From Amphiura filiformis (lineage: Eukaryota), in assembly GCF_039555335.1 (NCBI RefSeq), contig NC_092646.1, forward strand, positions 58,074,946 to 58,138,945: DNA of 64,000 nt, given 5' to 3'. Below are positions 61,999 to 64,000 of the stretch, piece after piece (the first letter of the stretch is position 1; each line of letters starts with the position of its first letter). The position numbers were made by a program, and so were the translations under genes. The notes under the pieces are model-generated. The model ran no database searches. It had not been told where the DNA came from and saw nothing but the letters and a program-made list of their open reading frames with translations.

Positions 61999-63389
61999 AT
62001 GTTTCATTTGGTAAAACAGGAGTTTTAATCCAAACAAATTAGTTATTTGCGCTAATTTTGGCAGTGTGACATGAAACTTGTGTATAAAAGTTTGTATTAA
62101 TTCTGCATATAAATTTCTGTATAAATTTTGCATAGATTCTGTATTATCTTTTAACAATTGAGTTGAATAAAAAACAAATTAGTAGAAGCAAATTATTGCA
62201 ATTTGGAGAGAAAATTTAGATACTGGCGTATAAACACTTTAAAATATTATAAACAGACACATAAAATGCTAGCGCGTGGTAACTTGATTGCGATGAACCA
62301 TATGGCCCATCCTTTTCTTTTGATTTTTATTATTTTGCAACAATTTAACTGAATTAATTATTCACGACAATTTTGATGGTTGCAAAGATGAGAGTAAAAC
62401 TGTCTAAACCAAACACTAGGATCCACAACATGCTCATCTAATCAGGGCACAGTTCTTTAACCCCAATACATTTGTATATTCATTGAATGACCTCTGAAAA
62501 TGTAGGTACAAAAACTCATACGCTGCAACTTTTGCACTATGATTGTTTAATTGAGGTTATTGAACTATGCCATTGGGATGAGGCCATTGTGGTCCATAGT
62601 GAAAGAGTTAACAACGGTGTTTCACAGAAAAAAATCAAGAACAAATTGAGCCAAATTCAACATGATGAGGCTATAGAAGAAACATCAAGAGACGCAGTGA
62701 CGTAGCTGAAATTTTTGCCGGGGGAAAGCCTATAGGCGGGAGCCTAAATCCACCAAAAGCGGGCGGGTGTGGGAGGTGCGTAGCACCGTAACAAAATATT
62801 GCTTTTCAGAGTAAAAATGTAAACGATAATAATAATAATAATAATAAAGACAACTTGACGTGGTCAAAATGCCCCAAAACGTTAATTGATGAATGTAGCC
62901 CACTTCTAATGAGGGTTTTCAGGGCAAAAATGGTCCACATTTGGAAAATTCCTCACCCTTTCATTCACAACAAAAATCCTGCCTACGGACCTCTTTGTCT
63001 AAATTTCAACTCTGGTACTCCGGGGGGGTGAAGGAGTCTTTTGGCATGTTTGGTTGCCATTTTGTTAAACCCACGCTAGCAACACAGTGGCCAAAAGGTG
63101 GATATGGCAAAATGAATCATCCAACTGACCTCTCCCTATAATACTTATTACTTTTTTAATACTTTCAAAGAAATTGCGCGCTCCGAAAGAATAATTTGCA
63201 CTTTTCTTACTTTTTTTGTTAAAGTGGTTCCCATAATTTCATTTGAAATGCGCGTGTAGGACGCGAACATTTAAATTTGAATTAATTAAAGTAAATAAAT
63301 AAAACTAGGAGGTCACCAGTCTTTTACAGTTTAAAAACAGAAATATTTTGGTTTGGGTTGGGTGGTTTGTGGAAGTTTTCAGTCAGTTT

Positions 63390-64000
63390 AAATTAGTTCT
63401 CGCTAAAGTGGTCTTTCCCACCAAATTTCATAAACCTGCAACAATCTATGGCGATTTGACCCCGAATGACCCCAAAATGATCTTGACATTTTTGGTCTTG
63501 CATCAGTGGTCGATCCCACCAAGTTTTATGAACCTGTAATAATCTATGGCGATTTGACCCGGATGACCCCGAATAACCCCAAAATGACCTTGACAATTTT
63601 TGACTTTCTCATTTTGGTCTCGTATCTGTGGTCGATGGCGCCAAATTTCATAAACCTGCAATAATCTATGGCAATTTGACCTCGGATGATCCCAAAATAA
63701 CCTGGAATTTTTCGTCTCGCATCTGTAGTCGATCGCACCAAATTTCATGAACCTGAAATAATCTATGGCAATTTGACACCGAATGACACTGGATGACCCC
63801 AAAATAACCTTGGCATTTGTCTCACATCAGTGGCCAATGCCTAAATTTCATGAACCTGTGACAATCTATAGCAATTTGACTAAGGATGACCCCAAAATGA
63901 CCTTGGCATTTGTCTCGCATCAGTGGTCAATGCCACCAAATTTCATGAACCTGTGACAATCTATAGCAATTTGACTAAGGATGACCCCAAAATGACCTTG
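63390..64000. repeat. Satellite array with units of about 95-122 bp, at least 6 copies, running off the window end; same superfamily as 54540
   Basis: The unit ccaccaaatttcatgaacctg.aataatctatggc.atttgacc..gatgaccccaaaatgacctt recurs at 63443, 63541, 63663, 63770, 63864 and 63959. Confidence 0.85.

Overview
This window is eukaryotic nuclear DNA, not prokaryotic: about 36% GC, GT-AG introns, and tRNA-derived SINEs, LINE reverse-transcriptase remnants, MITEs, microsatellites and satellite arrays. It holds no operons, CRISPR arrays or defense islands. The only convincing host gene is a PARP4-like (vault poly-ADP-ribose polymerase) gene on the minus strand. I resolved 14 exons between about 34.0 kb and 11.7 kb. 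They run in order through the PARP regulatory domain, the PARP catalytic domain (H-G-S, Y-F-A and E-V-A-L-G motifs), a linker, the VIT domain, and the first part of the vWA domain (MIDAS motif D-L-S-N-S-M). The 5' exons (BRCT region) and the remainder of vWA plus the C-terminus were not found; they are probably outside the window or in exons too short to see. The most unusual feature is a 135-bp (45-codon) in-frame tandem array, 4.7 copies at 17950-18485. It consists of the linker exon just before the VIT domain plus its GTAAGT splice donor, copied head to tail, so each copy offers an in-frame donor. The rest of the window is repeat landscape: (1) a roughly 11-kb composite inverted-repeat structure (605-11512) with arms of about 1 kb; (2) a roughly 3-kb Foldback-type element (50600-53550) whose inverted termini are tcgagtt-type minisatellites; (3) a palindromic minisatellite (2338-3175); (4) three MITE families, here called A, B and C, with more than 12 copies of A; (5) nested insertions, including a LINE inside a MITE, a MITE inside a MITE, and an RTE-like LINE inside a satellite; (6) a superfamily of roughly 100-120-bp satellites filling much of 54.5-64 kb. 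Gene and exon boundaries come from reading frames, splice motifs and recalled family motifs only; no database search was possible.
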